DNA from: an uncultured Nitrososphaerales archaeon
Lineage (GTDB): Archaea; Thermoproteota; Nitrososphaeria; Nitrososphaerales; Nitrososphaeraceae
Reading direction: 5' to 3'
Assembly: GCA_963713605.1 (NCBI GenBank)
Contig: CAVQMO010000010.1
Span: 864,001-928,000 of the forward strand
DNA length: 64,000 nucleotides
The notes beneath the pieces were generated by a model, which saw only the letters and a program-made list of their open reading frames with translations, searched no databases and had not been told where the DNA came from. Shown in pieces: positions 34,884 through 47,165 of the stretch; the stretch's first letter is position 1, and the number at the start of each line of letters is the position of its first letter. The translations under genes were made by a program, and so were the position numbers.

Positions 34884-35295
34884 ATGATTTAATACGGAAA
34901 GAAATTCTTTTAGTCATCGACCCACTGCTGTTACAATAATAGCAATTCTGGTTATTATCACCGGGATAACTGCTATCGCTGGCGGACTTGTTCTTTTGGG
35001 CACTGCGGCGGTTGTTCCTGAATTAAGTATAGTATTTCTTTCGATAGGCAGTGTTCTAATAGCAATAGGGATCGGATATCTGGCTGTCAGTTATGGCTTG
35101 CTTAAGGGTAGAGGATGGGCCTGGTCAATTGCATTAATCTTATCTTACATAGGAATTGTAATTGCTATTATCTCAATTTTGAGCGGAAACCTCATATCGG
35201 TAATAAACCTGGCAATTAATATAGCAATTGTGTACTTTTTGTATAGGCCTCAAGTTAAAGCATTTTTCGGAAAATCGCCTAGTGCAAAAATCTAG
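34884..35295 (+). CDS. Four-TM membrane protein (RPxxVTIIAIL family)
   Basis: 'RPTAVTIIAIL...YGLLKGRGWAW...YFLYRPQVKAFFGK'; start uncertain. Confidence 0.75.
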
Positions 35296-35669
35296 TGTTA
35301 TCATGTAAGCCAATTTTCACTGGCTCACTACGAGCTGTTCACGATTTTTTATTGTGATATTATATTTCTTGGAATACTCAATACTCAATAATATTGACTC
35401 TTCATAAACAGTTTATAGAGCGCACAGAAGCAACATTGACTCTTCATAAACATGGACGTTTTACCGAAATGATAATACTCTACTATAGAACAAATAATGA
35501 CACTTAAATTAGCAATACAATATACCGTAGTCAGTACATCATTGCAATAATTGCACACGTCTAGACATTTAGATCTCATTCTGCATTGTACTTACGACCG
35601 CACTTGTAGCAGTGCCAGTATGTTTTATCATCTTCCATATGCCAGATACGCTCCATCTTCTTGTTACCA

Positions 35670-35760
35670 CACCGATAGCTCTAGGCTGAAAGAGCAGAGA
35701 GCACTTACAGCAGAAGAGTATGAACGTATCAAAAAAGATCTCCTTGGAGGAAAAATATAA
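35670..35760 (+). pseudogene. SHOCT-domain fragment
   Basis: 'RLKEQRALTAEEYERIKKDLL'. Confidence 0.55.
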
Positions 35761-36106
35761 TGCACTTGCTCTTCTATGCTTTTGGTTTAGATATTGTCAT
35801 TCTGGTTGTTTGTAACTCCTAATTATAGTCTGATAACACCTTACACAGTACCGAGCTACCTTTATAATAAAAGATTGTAGGGTGTACATTTTCACATTCT
35901 ACACATACTATTTCGAGTCACTAATTACCTATTACCATGTTATAGCTTCTGAAGTAGAAGAGTATTACTATTGTTAGTATGGTGAGTCACTTTTGTCTCG
36001 TCAAACCATTCTTTTGTCTTTTGTATTAATTGTTCTAAAGATGATTTTCTGTGAAAAGGTGTTTCAACGTCATAGATATTAGAGATATTGGCGTAGTAGT
36101 TGAGGT

Positions 36107-37073
36107 ATGATGGCAATTCGTATTCATAAATTCGGCGGTGGACCTCAGGACCTTGTATATGAAGAAAATGTAATTCAACCACACCCCAAAGAAGGAGAAA
36201 TTTTGGTTAAAGTCTATGCTACAGGCGTTACACGAAATGAAATAGATTGGATCTGGTATCATTCTGATATTTCTCTTCCTATAATCCTAGGCCATGAACT
36301 TTCAGGCATTATAGAAGAAGTTGGTCCTAAAGTAACCAATCAGAGGGTAGGTGAGGCTGTATATGGATTAACTGATACTTTGTCATTCACACGTGATGGT
36401 GCAGAAGCAGAGTATGTTGTCTCGATAGATTCAGAGATGGCACCAAAACCACAGTCTCTTGATCATGAATATGCAGCGGCTGTTCCAATGGCTGGGCTTA
36501 CAGCATGGCAGGCACTTTTCGACCATGCGCATTTGTCATCAAAGGATACGATACTCATTCATGGAGCAGGCTGGAGGCGTGGGTAGCTTTGCAGTACAAC
36601 TTGCTCGATGGACTGGAGCACATATCATTGGAACAGCTTCAGCACACAATTCCAGTTTTTTAAAAGATCTAGGGGTAAATGATGTGATTGACTACAAGAA
36701 AATAAGCTTTGAGGATAGAGTAAATGACGTAGATGTAATATTTGATACTGTAGGTGGAAAGACGCTTGAAAGATCTTGGCAAGTACTTAGAAAAGGAGGT
36801 AAGCTCGTGTCCGTGGCTAGTCAAGATCTTCCCACAACTTTTGATAAACTTGAGACATATTTCAAAGAAAAAGGAAATTCATATAGTATTGAGGCAACGT
36901 GGTTTATTGTTCATCCCAGCAGGGACCAACTTATCCGAATTGGAGATCTAATTGATTCTGGGCGGGTAAAACCTGTTGTTGATACAATACTTCCTCTTTC
37001 TCAAGCAAGTCAAGCGTATGGAGGTGCAAAAGATATTCATAAACATGGCAAGATAGTCTTACGTGTGAGATAA
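36107..37073 (+). CDS. NADP-dependent oxidoreductase (MDR/quinone reductase-like), frameshift near 36570
   Basis: 'ILGHELSG', 'AGLTAWQALF', 'HGA.GGVGSFAVQLA', 'HGKIVL'. Confidence 0.9.
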
Positions 37074-37981
37074 GGTGAGTTGCAATCAGAGTTGCAATCA
37101 GAAATTAACATTTGGTGGGTATTATGCTAGATCAAATCATGTCTTACAATATGCCACTGCTTGTGTATGAACCAACGAATAACCTTAGCCGCTACCTAGA
37201 AGAACAAAAAAGTTGTCAAGTATGTCATATCTGTCTAAGATGGGAAGGCACATCATCACTGATCCTTGAATGTCTCTCTAATGCATAAAAAGGTTAGAAC
37301 ATTAGTATTCAAGAACACTATCTTCAAGTATTATATAACAACACATCTACAGTCTCAGCGAGTATCCGCGAGTTGCTCACTCTTCGAAATTGGCTCAAAG
37401 CTATCGATTGATCGGGAACACTATGAAGAGTAAAGTTCGGTGCAGGAATTCCAGGATGGACTACAAAGATTACGCATAATCCTCAAAGGAATCCATGCGC
37501 TGCCTTCTCCATTGCAGCCTTTCCACTTCTGTGCTCAACCTTTCAACTTACTCGTATTAGGAGGGTGACTTGTATTTTTCAATATCTGAAGGCGTAGCAT
37601 GGACCAGTCCATCATCTCTTGACCCTCTTGCTAGTGTACATATGGCAGCCTAAATGTCCAGATTGGAGTGACATATCTTACCTGTAGCATTATCTATGGT
37701 ATTACATGAAGGTTTATCAAATTTAACTTTTCTACACACAATTTTTCGCCACTCTCTCCCAGAATCCTTGTATATTTACAATATAAGTGTCAGGACCGGA
37801 TGAGCCGAACCAATGAATATTCCCTTTATCCAACCGCTGTCAGGTTTGCTACTGTCTGAAGGTGTCTATCTTTCAGTAGCTTTTTCTTATATTCTTACAG
37901 CTTAGTAGAGAAGGTAGGTAACGAGTAATCGAAACTCCTATATTTTATTGAACGAAAGTCCCAAAGGCCATTGCAATGCAT

Positions 37982-38380
37982 TCAGACATTGATTCGGGAG
38001 CCGATAACATCAACAACTGCCTGTGCAATTTTATCATGGTGATCTCGACGAGCTTTCTTGCATTGCTCAATTTGTATACCCTTTATTCCTAGGCGGTTTA
38101 CGATATTGCATGGGTCATCACCATTAAACCCTCCAGGACGAGCGGTATCCTCGACGCACCTTGTACCCTGTAACTTTTGCTTTTTCATTTCGTAAAGTGC
38201 CTCTGCAACGTGATGGCCTGAATCCACTATTATTGACGGTCCATTAGAATCGATACAGTTGTTCAAAGTAGCCTTGGCAACAGAAAATACTTGGAATGTT
38301 GAATTCTTGATGTTTTCTTCGCCATAAATAACCTCTGTCTTCTCTTCTACATATGGCAGTGACGAAGAAGAGAATTCCAT
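37982..38380 (-). pseudogene. Chimeric ORF: sensor-kinase N-terminus joined to a poly-gamma-glutamate hydrolase (DUF867)-like C-terminus
   Basis: 'EKTEVIYGEENI...CIDSNGPSI' followed by 'G.D.PCNIVNRL..KGIQIEQ...R'. Confidence 0.5.
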
Positions 38381-39224
38381 GAAAGTCTTATCTGAAAACG
38401 GAACTGCAGATTTCTATTTAAAGCTGATGATAGGTCTTGAACTTCAATCAATGCAAGGTTTTTTCTACTCGTCATGAGTGACGTTGGTTATTTCACACGC
38501 GTGAAAGTGATTTCAATTGATAAATAGTGAAACTGCCGATATGATACCATATGTCCTCATTAAAAGAGGAAAGAAATAAGAGTATAACCACCAAAATATC
38601 TATCATTAATCGATTGTATTCTGATTCACTCAATAGGTAGTGTGACAATCAGATGTATGGCCAAGAATAGTAGAGTAGTTTAAAGATTCTACACTGTCAA
38701 CAGTTACATTTTTGTTATGAGAGATATATCATGTTATGGGTTCGGCAAGGTTTGATACAGAAGTGACTCTGTTACTTTCTAACTAGTAATGTTAACTTCA
38801 AGATATTTGATGATCTAAACCAGAATCTTCAGGATTAAAGACCTTTATTACTAAGGAAATGGCAGGAATTAAATCTAATATCCGCCTACTGCGTCTTGAG
38901 ATTTATCCTTCAGTTTGTCCAAGAATCCATTGAAATCTTTCTTAAATTCATCGCTAAACCCTTGTTCCTCCACGGCTCTATGATATTGTTCTAAATTAGA
39001 TGAAACATGAGAGAATCCGTCGGCCAGATAGTGTTTAATAAATAGACGACCGTCGACAGGTATAGAAAAAGTATCATCTTCAGAAAGGTTCGCAGCATCG
39101 TTGATGAGGGGCTCATCATCTATATGAGAGATATCTGGTTTACTGATAAAAAATGTTTTCTGTCTATAGAACCATTTTCTAGTCAGATCACGAAATCAGT
39201 TCATACTTTGTCCAATGGAAAATT

Positions 39225-39335
39225 TTTTGGAACAGTCGATAATAATGTATTTAATATCTTACCAATTACACCTGAGTATTGATCCACTACTGCATGACCA
39301 GAATCTTTGATCTGTACGGGCCAGAATTTTGCTTG
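39225..39335 (-). pseudogene. Alpha/beta-hydrolase C-terminal relic
   Basis: WPVQIKDSGHAVVDQYSGVIGKILNTLLST, similar to 10190-10300. Confidence 0.6.
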
Positions 39336-39519
39336 TTCTGCAACAATGTTTTAGGATGTCTCAACAGTTCTGGCATTGAAGCCTAAAGTTGTAGTAAAAG
39401 ATTGTGTAATAACAGTCTATAACATTAATAAATATCCATTTGTAGATATAAACGTCGAACATGTTTTGCAATGAGGCTAGCAGGTCTCTGCGATAAGGAA
39501 TGGTTTTGGGGAGATTAAT

Positions 39520-39711
39520 ATGGTTGGCAAATGGGTTAAAGCTATTGCCGCAATCGTCATAGTATCGATATTAGTATTTATACTGTACTTTGCTTACGGC
39601 AGGAATCAATGCCAGGCGGCACAAGACCGTTACGAACGGTCAGTGGGCGAAAATGTCGCTGAAAATACACGCCTTTTGACTGAATATCAACAGGCTTGTC
39701 ATATAAAATGA
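39520..39711 (+). CDS. Small single-TM protein
   Basis: N-terminal TM helix and a Cys pair. Confidence 0.55.
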   Translation: MVGKWVKAIAAIVIVSILVFILYFAYGRNQCQAAQDRYERSVGENVAENTRLLTEYQQACHIK

Positions 39712-39751
39712 TTTGCTGGATGTATTCAGGATGTCTATGTTGTTCTGGCAT
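39707..39751 (+). pseudogene. Terminase-like gene, last ~15 codons
   Basis: NDLLDVFRMSMLFWH versus DDLMDAFRMSLLFWH at ~10445. Confidence 0.7.
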
Positions 39752-40319
39752 TGCCTACACTATTTTTTAGGCACTTAAATCTAGGGTAAGATAACGATGA
39801 AAATGAAGTTGTTGTCGTTGGCTTGTCTGTCTGTCGGATAAGCACGAGTATTGAATTCATAGTTTTGCCGGTGGTACTGGTTGTCAATGCAACTGTCACA
39901 TTAGAAGGTTACTAGTTAGGATAGAGAGGTTATGGCATTTTTCAAGCAGGTTGAAAATGACTTTGGTTATTATAATATCTATATCATACGGGTAGTGCCT
40001 GAAGATGGAAGGCCGTCATATTATGTACATATAGATATTGTAGAAAGGAAATAATACTACAGGGTTCTACAATACATCGAACCAGTCCCACAAGAATATT
40101 GATTAGTAACTATTCCTAACGTAATGCATTCATTAATGTTCAAATGGCTCAAAAAAAATTGGGATATTCCGGTGGTAATTATTGTAATGAGTGTATCCTT
40201 CGTCGTCCTTATTCTACATTTAAGTGGCTTACTGACTGTTTGGCTGACTGACTGACTGATATGGGTTTGACGACCTAAAATGGCAAAGTAGTGATAGATG
40301 AGTTACCCTATTTCAGCAG

Positions 40320-41036
40320 TCATTTCTGATAATCCAATAGTTTAGTCTGTCCCAGTATCTGTCCTCTTTTCAATCGTTTCTCTAGTTTGCATTTTGATCT
40401 ACGCATCTCACTCTCTTTTAATTCGTGGAGTGGCTCTACGCTCCTCCTCTCGTTCTTTCTGTACCACTGCAATGTCGTTCTGAATGTATCCGTTTTCATA
40501 AATGACCTAATCGATTGCATCTTGCCGCTCTTCTTCAGTAATTTCCTCAGGATGTTCTCTTAAATGGTATATTCAGTCCAGAATCTATTTACCTCAGTCA
40601 GAAGGTTATAACCATAAGAGCCGTACTCCCCGACCTTGATATTAACCCATCTGAATTCTCTTATTCTGTCTGTTTTTTTATCCTTTAATGGAACAAGTGA
40701 AAGCCACCTAAATTCATCTCTCTTTTGTAATCGATTAACAGATCGTTTGATATGTTTTTCTTTTCTATTATGGAGATAATCCATCATCCCATAATACACC
40801 TTCTTGTCGTAATGTTCAACGAGATCATAATACATTTCCTTAAAGACCTGCATTGATGTAAGGCCCTGTTCTACTGTCGTCCTATGTCTCATCAAATACA
40901 TCAATCTCCGTTGACGGTTAATCTTTTTCTCTTTCCATCCCTCTTTCTGTTCCAGGATCCGAAACTTACGTCTTGCCAGTTCCATGTTCTGAAGTTTACG
41001 TCTTGTCCGTTCATCATACACCTTTGGGGGAATCAT
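40320..41036 (-). CDS. Basic ORFan protein, possibly one gene split by the TAA at 40560
   Basis: ORFs 40560-41036 and 40320-40520 are in the same frame; K/R-rich. Confidence 0.5.
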
Positions 41037-41369
41037 TTCTTAGTCCCTTCTTGTGGATCAGATGGATGACGTTCGGCTATGGCTTCGAAGACACCTACAT
41101 ATGTTTTCATGAAAGCCAGTAAACGTTTTAGAAAAGCAACGTCTTCATATCCATATTCATTAATAATATCTACCAAGATCATAAACATGGCTCCTACTAT
41201 GTCCGCATTTGTCGAGTTTCGTATGGCATATCTAATGTCCTGATATGTTCCTCCTGAGCGAACCAACTCCTCATTAGGATAAGGGCCATAGGTCTCCCAG
41301 GTTGAGACATTTTCATTTTAACTCATCTGCCGTATCCTCATCTATGTCGGTCGCTTGCTTAATCTTCAT
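41033..41369 (-). CDS. ORFan protein (frameshift near 41318)
   Basis: MKIKQATDIDED... joins ORF 41033-41266; its stop overlaps the next ATG. Confidence 0.5.
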
Positions 41370-41591
41370 TGGTCTAGGCTCTATATGACATTCTCTTCTA
41401 AGGACGTCACATGCCTTACTATTTCTTTTGTAATACTTAGGATACTAGAATCACTAGCGCACCTAAAAAAATGCTTGATGCGCACAAGATAATCATTCCA
41501 CGTGGTAATCCAGCGTTTGTCAGGATCGTGCGTTCTTGCACTTCATCAAATAATGACTGCTTCAGTCCCACCAAAACAATAATTACGTCAG

Positions 41592-42620
41592 TTGATTGTA
41601 CTATTAACACTAAAAGGAGGTCTTTGTTTGAAGACTAGAACGCTTGGAAAAAATGGACCACAGGTTTCCCAGATTGGACTGGGATGCATGGGAATGTCGG
41701 ATTTTTATGGTAGCAAAGAGACAAGAGATGACAAAGAAAGTTTAGCAACCATAAACTTAGCAGTGGAAGAAGGTATTAACTTCTTTGACACAGCCGACTA
41801 TTATGGTATGGGTCATAATGAGCTGCTATTAAGAGAAGCTATGAAGGGAAGACGAGACAAATTCTTCTTATCAGTCAAGTTCGGAGCATTACGTGGCTTA
41901 AATGGAGAATTTGCTGGCACTGACTTGCGACCTGTTGCTGTCAAGAACTTTCTTTCTTATTCTTTGCAGAGACTTGGTACTGACTATATCGACCTTTATC
42001 AGCCAGGACGTCTGGATCCACAATTTCCAATTGAGGATACAGTCGGTGCTATTGCAGATTTGATCAAAGAAGGCAAGGTACGCTACCTTGGACTATCTGA
42101 GGCAACTTCTGACCAGATTAGGAGAGCTCATGACGTTCATCCAGTATCTGCAGTTCAGATTGAATATTCACTTGCCAGCAGAGTAGTTGAATCCAAGATT
42201 CTGCCTACCACACGTGAGCTTGGTATAAGTCTGGTGGCTTATGGTGCGTTATCTCGTGGATTGCTTTCTGGTCAATCAACTACCACTACTACTTTTCAAC
42301 CAGGCGACTTTAGAAACCATCTTCCACGGTGGGCACCTGAAAATAGAGAACAGAATAGCCAGATAGTTAACGAGCTAAAGAAATTTGCTGAGAGCAAGGA
42401 TGTGACTGCGGCTCAACTGGCTCTAGCTCGGCTCTTGCATCAAGGAGAGGATATCATAACTTTAGTAGGAACATCCAAGAGATCGAGACTTCTTGAAAAC
42501 CTAAAATGCCAGAACATTCAACTTAATAATGAAGATCTGGCTTACCTTGACCGAACTTTTCAAGAAGGTGCTGTAGCCGGAGACCGTTATCCTGAGTTTA
42601 TCACAGATACCGTTAGATAG
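41592..42620 (+). CDS. Aldo/keto reductase
   Basis: 'IGLGCMGMS', 'FFDTADYYG', '[13 protein letters not shown]', '[10 protein letters not shown]'; likely start TTG ~41628. Confidence 0.95.
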   Translation: MIVLLTLKGGLCLKTRTLGKNGPQVSQIGLGCMGMSDFYGSKETRDDKESLATINLAVEEGINFFDTADYYGMGHNELLLREAMKGRRDKFFLSVKFGALRGLNGEFAGTDLRPVAVKNFLSYSLQRLGTDYIDLYQPGRLDPQFPIEDTVGAIADLIKEGKVRYLGLSEATSDQIRRAHDVHPVSAVQIEYSLASRVVESKILPTTRELGISLVAYGALSRGLLSGQSTTTTTFQPGDFRNHLPRWAPENREQNSQIVNELKKFAESKDVTAAQLALARLLHQGEDIITLVGTSKRSRLLENLKCQNIQLNNEDLAYLDRTFQEGAVAGDRYPEFITDTVR

Positions 42621-42769
42621 AAAAAATAGGAAGACAAATTGCCATAACTCACCTTCAAAGATTCTTCCATTTACTGCTATGAAGATTATGGTTATGAAAA
42701 TATCATGAGAAATGTTATCGTAACGGTACAACAATGAAGACAGTATCTTTAGTGTGTGATGCAATTGAT

Positions 42770-43197
42770 AAGAAGTTACTGGATACATCAGAGGATGTAT
42801 GGGATCAAACGATAGACACCAATCTAAAAGGTGCCTTTCTTTTTACAAAGGCTGTTCTTCCTTACATGATTCAAAGGAACTCTGGTTATACTAAATGTAA
42901 ACTCCGGGGCAGGCAAGGCTGGTTTCAGCAATTTATCATCTTATTGTGCAAGCAAGTTTGGACTTACGGGGTTGGCTGAAAGTTTAGCATTAGAAGTCGA
43001 GTCATATAATATAAGAGTAATGACATATTTCTGGGACAAGAGGCTACAAGAATGTGGCAAGACTATGATTACGATTATTACGAGAAAAATAAGAATAAGA
43101 TGCTTAGTCCTCAAAAAGTGGCAGCAAAAATTGTTGAAATGATCTTGGATGTTAAAAAATACAATAATGGAGACTCTGTAGAAATGTATAGCCCCTG
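42770..43197 (+). pseudogene. Short-chain dehydrogenase, 5'-truncated and frameshifted
   Basis: 'WDQTIDTNLKG' and YCASK (YxxxK) motif. Confidence 0.8.
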
Positions 43198-43412
43198 AGT
43201 ACTAGGAAATATATGATTTCAGAAACAATTTGAGCCTTGTTATATATCTTAGTAGCTCATATAGCATATAATTCAGATATTTTCTGCAGGTATAATTTAG
43301 ACTCATTTCGATAGCAGTTTGATAAAGAAAATTACAAGAAATAGCAAACTGATATCACACAATCACATCATCAGTTATTATACACTTCATACATATTCCT
43401 TAGCGTAGAAAT

Positions 43413-43842
43413 ATGAACATGTTAAATGAATCTAAAGTTGCCACCCGACTCCCGGCCCAGGATCTTGAGCGAGCTCGTAGGTTTTATGCTGAAAAACTAG
43501 GACTTGAGCCAGTTGAAGAACGCCCTGGTGGCCTGAAGTATCAGTGTAGGAATGGGTACTTTGTGTTGTTTGAATCTAGAGGCGCTCGCCTCTGGTGAAC
43601 ACACGCAGATGGCATGGGAGGTTGATGATATTGAGACAGTGGTAGCGGAACTGCGAAAGAGCGGAGTCGTGTTTGAAAAGTATGATTTACCCGGGCTCAA
43701 AACGGTCAACGGAATAGCTGATGTTTCAGGCAATTACCCATCTTCGGGAGGCATAGGCGAACGCGGTTCTTGGTTTCGTGACAGCGAAGGAAACTTACTT
43801 GCAGTCGGCCAGCCGATGCTACGACACGAGAGACAAAGCTAA
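43413..43842 (+). CDS. VOC/glyoxalase family protein (frameshift near 43580)
   Basis: 'PAQDLERARRFYAEKLGL' and 'WFRDSEGNLL'. Confidence 0.9.
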
Positions 43843-44384
43843 TCCAAAGTTCAACTCATTCATTATGGTTTTAAGAGAGTTGGCATGGTTAGGGGTTTGA
43901 CTCCAATTCATTCAAAACAGAAATACTTTATGTAAAGTCTTTCGATAGTTCGGTAGCAAACCTATGTATTCAAGGGAGAAACTTGAAACTTGCACTTAGG
44001 AAGTTATGATGCCGAAACTCTATGAGAGAAACTGCCAAGCTCAGAGGGTTGATAACAAAGAGAGGAACACTTGAAATCTCACATAATTTGACGATAAGGA
44101 AGGCAATAGAAGTATGTGATGACATAAACCGCAATAGATAAAACACAACTATCCGAAGTAGTAGTCGCAAATAATGCGAGCCCGTTAGGTCGTAATTTTA
44201 TAAGTTCCTTACCGATATCACTTGCTCTTTAGTTAAAAGTACTCTCGAACTAGTAACAAAAAAGGTATTTAGACTTTCTTGCTCAAAATATCACTGCTGT
44301 AAATGGAACGACCGTACAACTAAATCCTCAATATAATACGAATAATGATGCTCTCATAAGCATTAATGAGGAACTCAAACCTAG

Positions 44385-44405
44385 GGCCAATTGCTATCGC
44401 AGGGT
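44385..44405 (+). repeat. 21-bp direct repeat, left copy
   Basis: GGCCAATTGCTATCGCAGGGT; one mismatch to 45860-45880. Confidence 0.75.
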
Positions 44406-44612
44406 TACATTAATCAGTTATCAGCAATTCTTAATCATGATCAAGAACTGTCAGACAAGATTGAAGACACTCTAGCGGAATTGCTAAAATTTCCGTTAAT
44501 GGAAGCACTTATAGATTTTTGCCCAAATCACAAATTACAAGTTGGCAATTAGTTATAGAGAGGACGAGCTTAATTTAAAACTTAATAGTATCAAACATTT
44601 CAATTTATCAGC

Positions 44613-45716
44613 ATGGAAAATACGGCGTCCGAGAGAGAAAAAGGAGTATCATCATCATTTTCTGAGACTGGATTCCAAGACTATCTGACTGACACTTTGA
44701 ATAAGGGTACGCTTGCTATAATGCTGTCGATAGGTCATAGAACTAAATTGTTCGACATTATTTCGTCTCTTGGTAATCCGTCTACGAGCGAGGAAATCGC
44801 ATTACAGGCGAAACTAAATGAAAGATATGTTAGAGAGTGGTTAGGTGCAATGGTTGTAAGTAGAGTTATCGAGTATGATCCTGCACATAAAACATATTCG
44901 CTTGATAAAGAAAAGAGGGATTCCTTAACCAGGGCATCGGATTCATATAACTTTGCAGCTTCTATGCAATGGATTCCCATACTTGCTCAAGTAGAAGATG
45001 ATATTGTAAACTGCTTTGAAAAAGGAGGTGGCGTACAGTATGGTTCCTTTAAACGTTTTCATGAGGTGATGGCTGAAGAAAGCGCTCAAACTGTAGTGGC
45101 TGGTTTATTCAATTTCATCATCCCACTCGTACCAGGTTTAGAAGAAAATCTTAAAAGAGGTATTTCTGTTTTAGATATCGGATGCGGTAGCGGTCATGCT
45201 ATCAACACCATGGCGGCCAGATTTCCCAAAAGTAAGTTTGTAGGATACGATATTTCTGAAGAAGCCATTAATAAGGCCAGATCTGACGGACGACAGCTAG
45301 GCAACAAGAACGTATCCTTTGAAGTAAATGATGTTTCAAATCCTCAAGCCATGAAGACAAATTTTGATCTAGTCGTAGCGTTTGACGCTATCCATGACCA
45401 GAGAGATCCTGCGAGTGTACTGAAAAATATTGCCAAAGTCATCAATCTGAATGGCGGAATATTCCTAATGCAAGATATTCTAGGATCAAGCTTCCTTGAG
45501 AAAAATATCAATCACCCGTTAGGACCATTTCTATATACTTTTTCTTGCATGCACTGTATGACTGTATCTTTAGCTCAAAATGGGGCTGGTCTTGGAGCAA
45601 TGTGGGGAAAGGAGAAAGCTATTGAGGTGCTAAAAAACTCTGGCTTTACCAATGTCGAAGTCAAGACACTTGCACATGATTTTCAAAACTATTATTACAT
45701 TGCAAAGATAACCTAA
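44613..45716 (+). CDS. Class I SAM methyltransferase with N-terminal winged helix (Rv2258c-like)
   Basis: 'LNERYVREWL', 'VLDIGCGSG', 'FDAIHD', 'SCMHCMTVSLA..GAGLGAMWG'. Confidence 0.9.
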   Translation: MENTASEREKGVSSSFSETGFQDYLTDTLNKGTLAIMLSIGHRTKLFDIISSLGNPSTSEEIALQAKLNERYVREWLGAMVVSRVIEYDPAHKTYSLDKEKRDSLTRASDSYNFAASMQWIPILAQVEDDIVNCFEKGGGVQYGSFKRFHEVMAEESAQTVVAGLFNFIIPLVPGLEENLKRGISVLDIGCGSGHAINTMAARFPKSKFVGYDISEEAINKARSDGRQLGNKNVSFEVNDVSNPQAMKTNFDLVVAFDAIHDQRDPASVLKNIAKVINLNGGIFLMQDILGSSFLEKNINHPLGPFLYTFSCMHCMTVSLAQNGAGLGAMWGKEKAIEVLKNSGFTNVEVKTLAHDFQNYYYIAKIT

Positions 45717-45859
45717 AAGAGTATATCTTTGAATTTGCGACTCTTATTGCTTACTATTTTACATATATGATCATATCGTTCTGATAACTTTGGAACCGGT
45801 TTCTCACCTCTAACCTTATGTTACCTCTGAGAACTAGAACCACAGTCAGCTGTACACCC

Positions 45860-45880
45860 GGCCAATTGCTAACGCAGGGT
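45860..45880 (+). repeat. 21-bp direct repeat, right copy
   Basis: GGCCAATTGCTAACGCAGGGT. Confidence 0.75.
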
Positions 45881-46112
45881 CTAACTGGAAGCCTTGCAAT
45901 AGGGTTTACTATCGGATTTATGAGAGGATGATGTGAAGTTGGAGGAAGAATACAATATCCAATAAATTAAGGAAAATATTAGCCAAGGAAAATGGTATCA
46001 AAATACCTGAATGTCAACATATCTTTAACAATGTGATTGGTTATAGTTTACTTCTAACAAGTACAGCTAACAATATATTCAAATATATTAGGTTATGACA
46101 GTGGAAAAGTAG

Positions 46113-46760
46113 ATGAAAAATCAAAACAGCCTAATAGATTCGTCATCATCGTCAACGCCATTACCATTATTTATCGTTTCTGTCCTTGTATTCCTTTTTG
46201 GTATTATAGGAGTGCAATATCTATGCATAGCGAAGACATTCAAATGCTAATATCTCTCCCATTTGCAAATCTAGCTAATGCTCAGCAACAGCAACTCCAA
46301 CAGCCTCCGGAATCGCCCTTACCCTCTACTCCTGCCTCAGGTCCATCTTCTCTCCCTCCTGATAATCTACAGGCAGCAACAACCAGCACCATCATCTTCT
46401 GTAAAGATGTTACCACTAGTAGTACAAACTCTAGTTTCGAAAATAAATACTACATCAAATGATGCAACAACAACTGCTATTAAATCAGTAGGGGATAACA
46501 ATAGTAATTCTCTGGCCATTGGAACTTTTATGGAAGCAGAAATAGATGGTGGTCTTGTATACAAAGTGTTCATTTTAGATCCGGATAGCCCTGAAAATCT
46601 GAACATAGTGACAGTGGATCCCAGTAATGGCAGAGTACTAACAATAGCACAGTTACCTGCTCCCGGAATATTATCTGGTATGGTAATACCACCTGAAGGA
46701 GGTCTTGGAGTCAGCGGCGGTGGAAATATCATTGGATCTGCTCCTCCCCCTGGTGGTTGA
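46113..46760 (+). pseudogene. Secreted PepSY-like domain protein, frameshifted
   Basis: Signal peptide, P/Q-rich linker, 'LVYKVFI...VTVDPSNGRVL'. Confidence 0.55.
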
Positions 46761-46907
46761 GAATTGCTGTCAATAAGTGATAGAAGTGCCACGGCCAATA
46801 AAGGAGAAATCTCCAGCGTTCAAAGTCGAAGACTTGCCATACGAGTGGATAGTAAATGTATTATGCAAGTGAAATCGATGGAGGAGAAATTAGCCAACAT
46901 TGAATCT

Positions 46908-47165
46908 CTATATATCAACTTGGTCCTGTCTTTTTTCGAGAATAATTATCTTATCAAGTAGATAAGAAGTATAAGTTTCGGATTGGTTCTTATAGAGATT
47001 GACAGCCTCCTTTAGATATTTAATATGTGCAAAGAACTGCTCTTCGCGTATGCCATCCAGAGTACTACCTGAAAGTCCATTGGCATAAGTTTCAAATGAC
47101 GTTAATATCACTTCTAGGTCTTTTCTAGCGCTCTCTTTGTTCCTTGCTAAATCTTCCAGACTCAA
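46908..47165 (-). CDS. Hypothetical helical protein
   Basis: 85-aa ORF. Confidence 0.45.
   Translation of the reverse strand: MSLEDLARNKESARKDLEVILTSFETYANGLSGSTLDGIREEQFFAHIKYLKEAVNLYKNQSETYTSYLLDKIIILEKRQDQVDI

Noticed and set aside
37100..37950. Possible decayed gene
   Set aside because: No open frame or recognisable motif found by eye.
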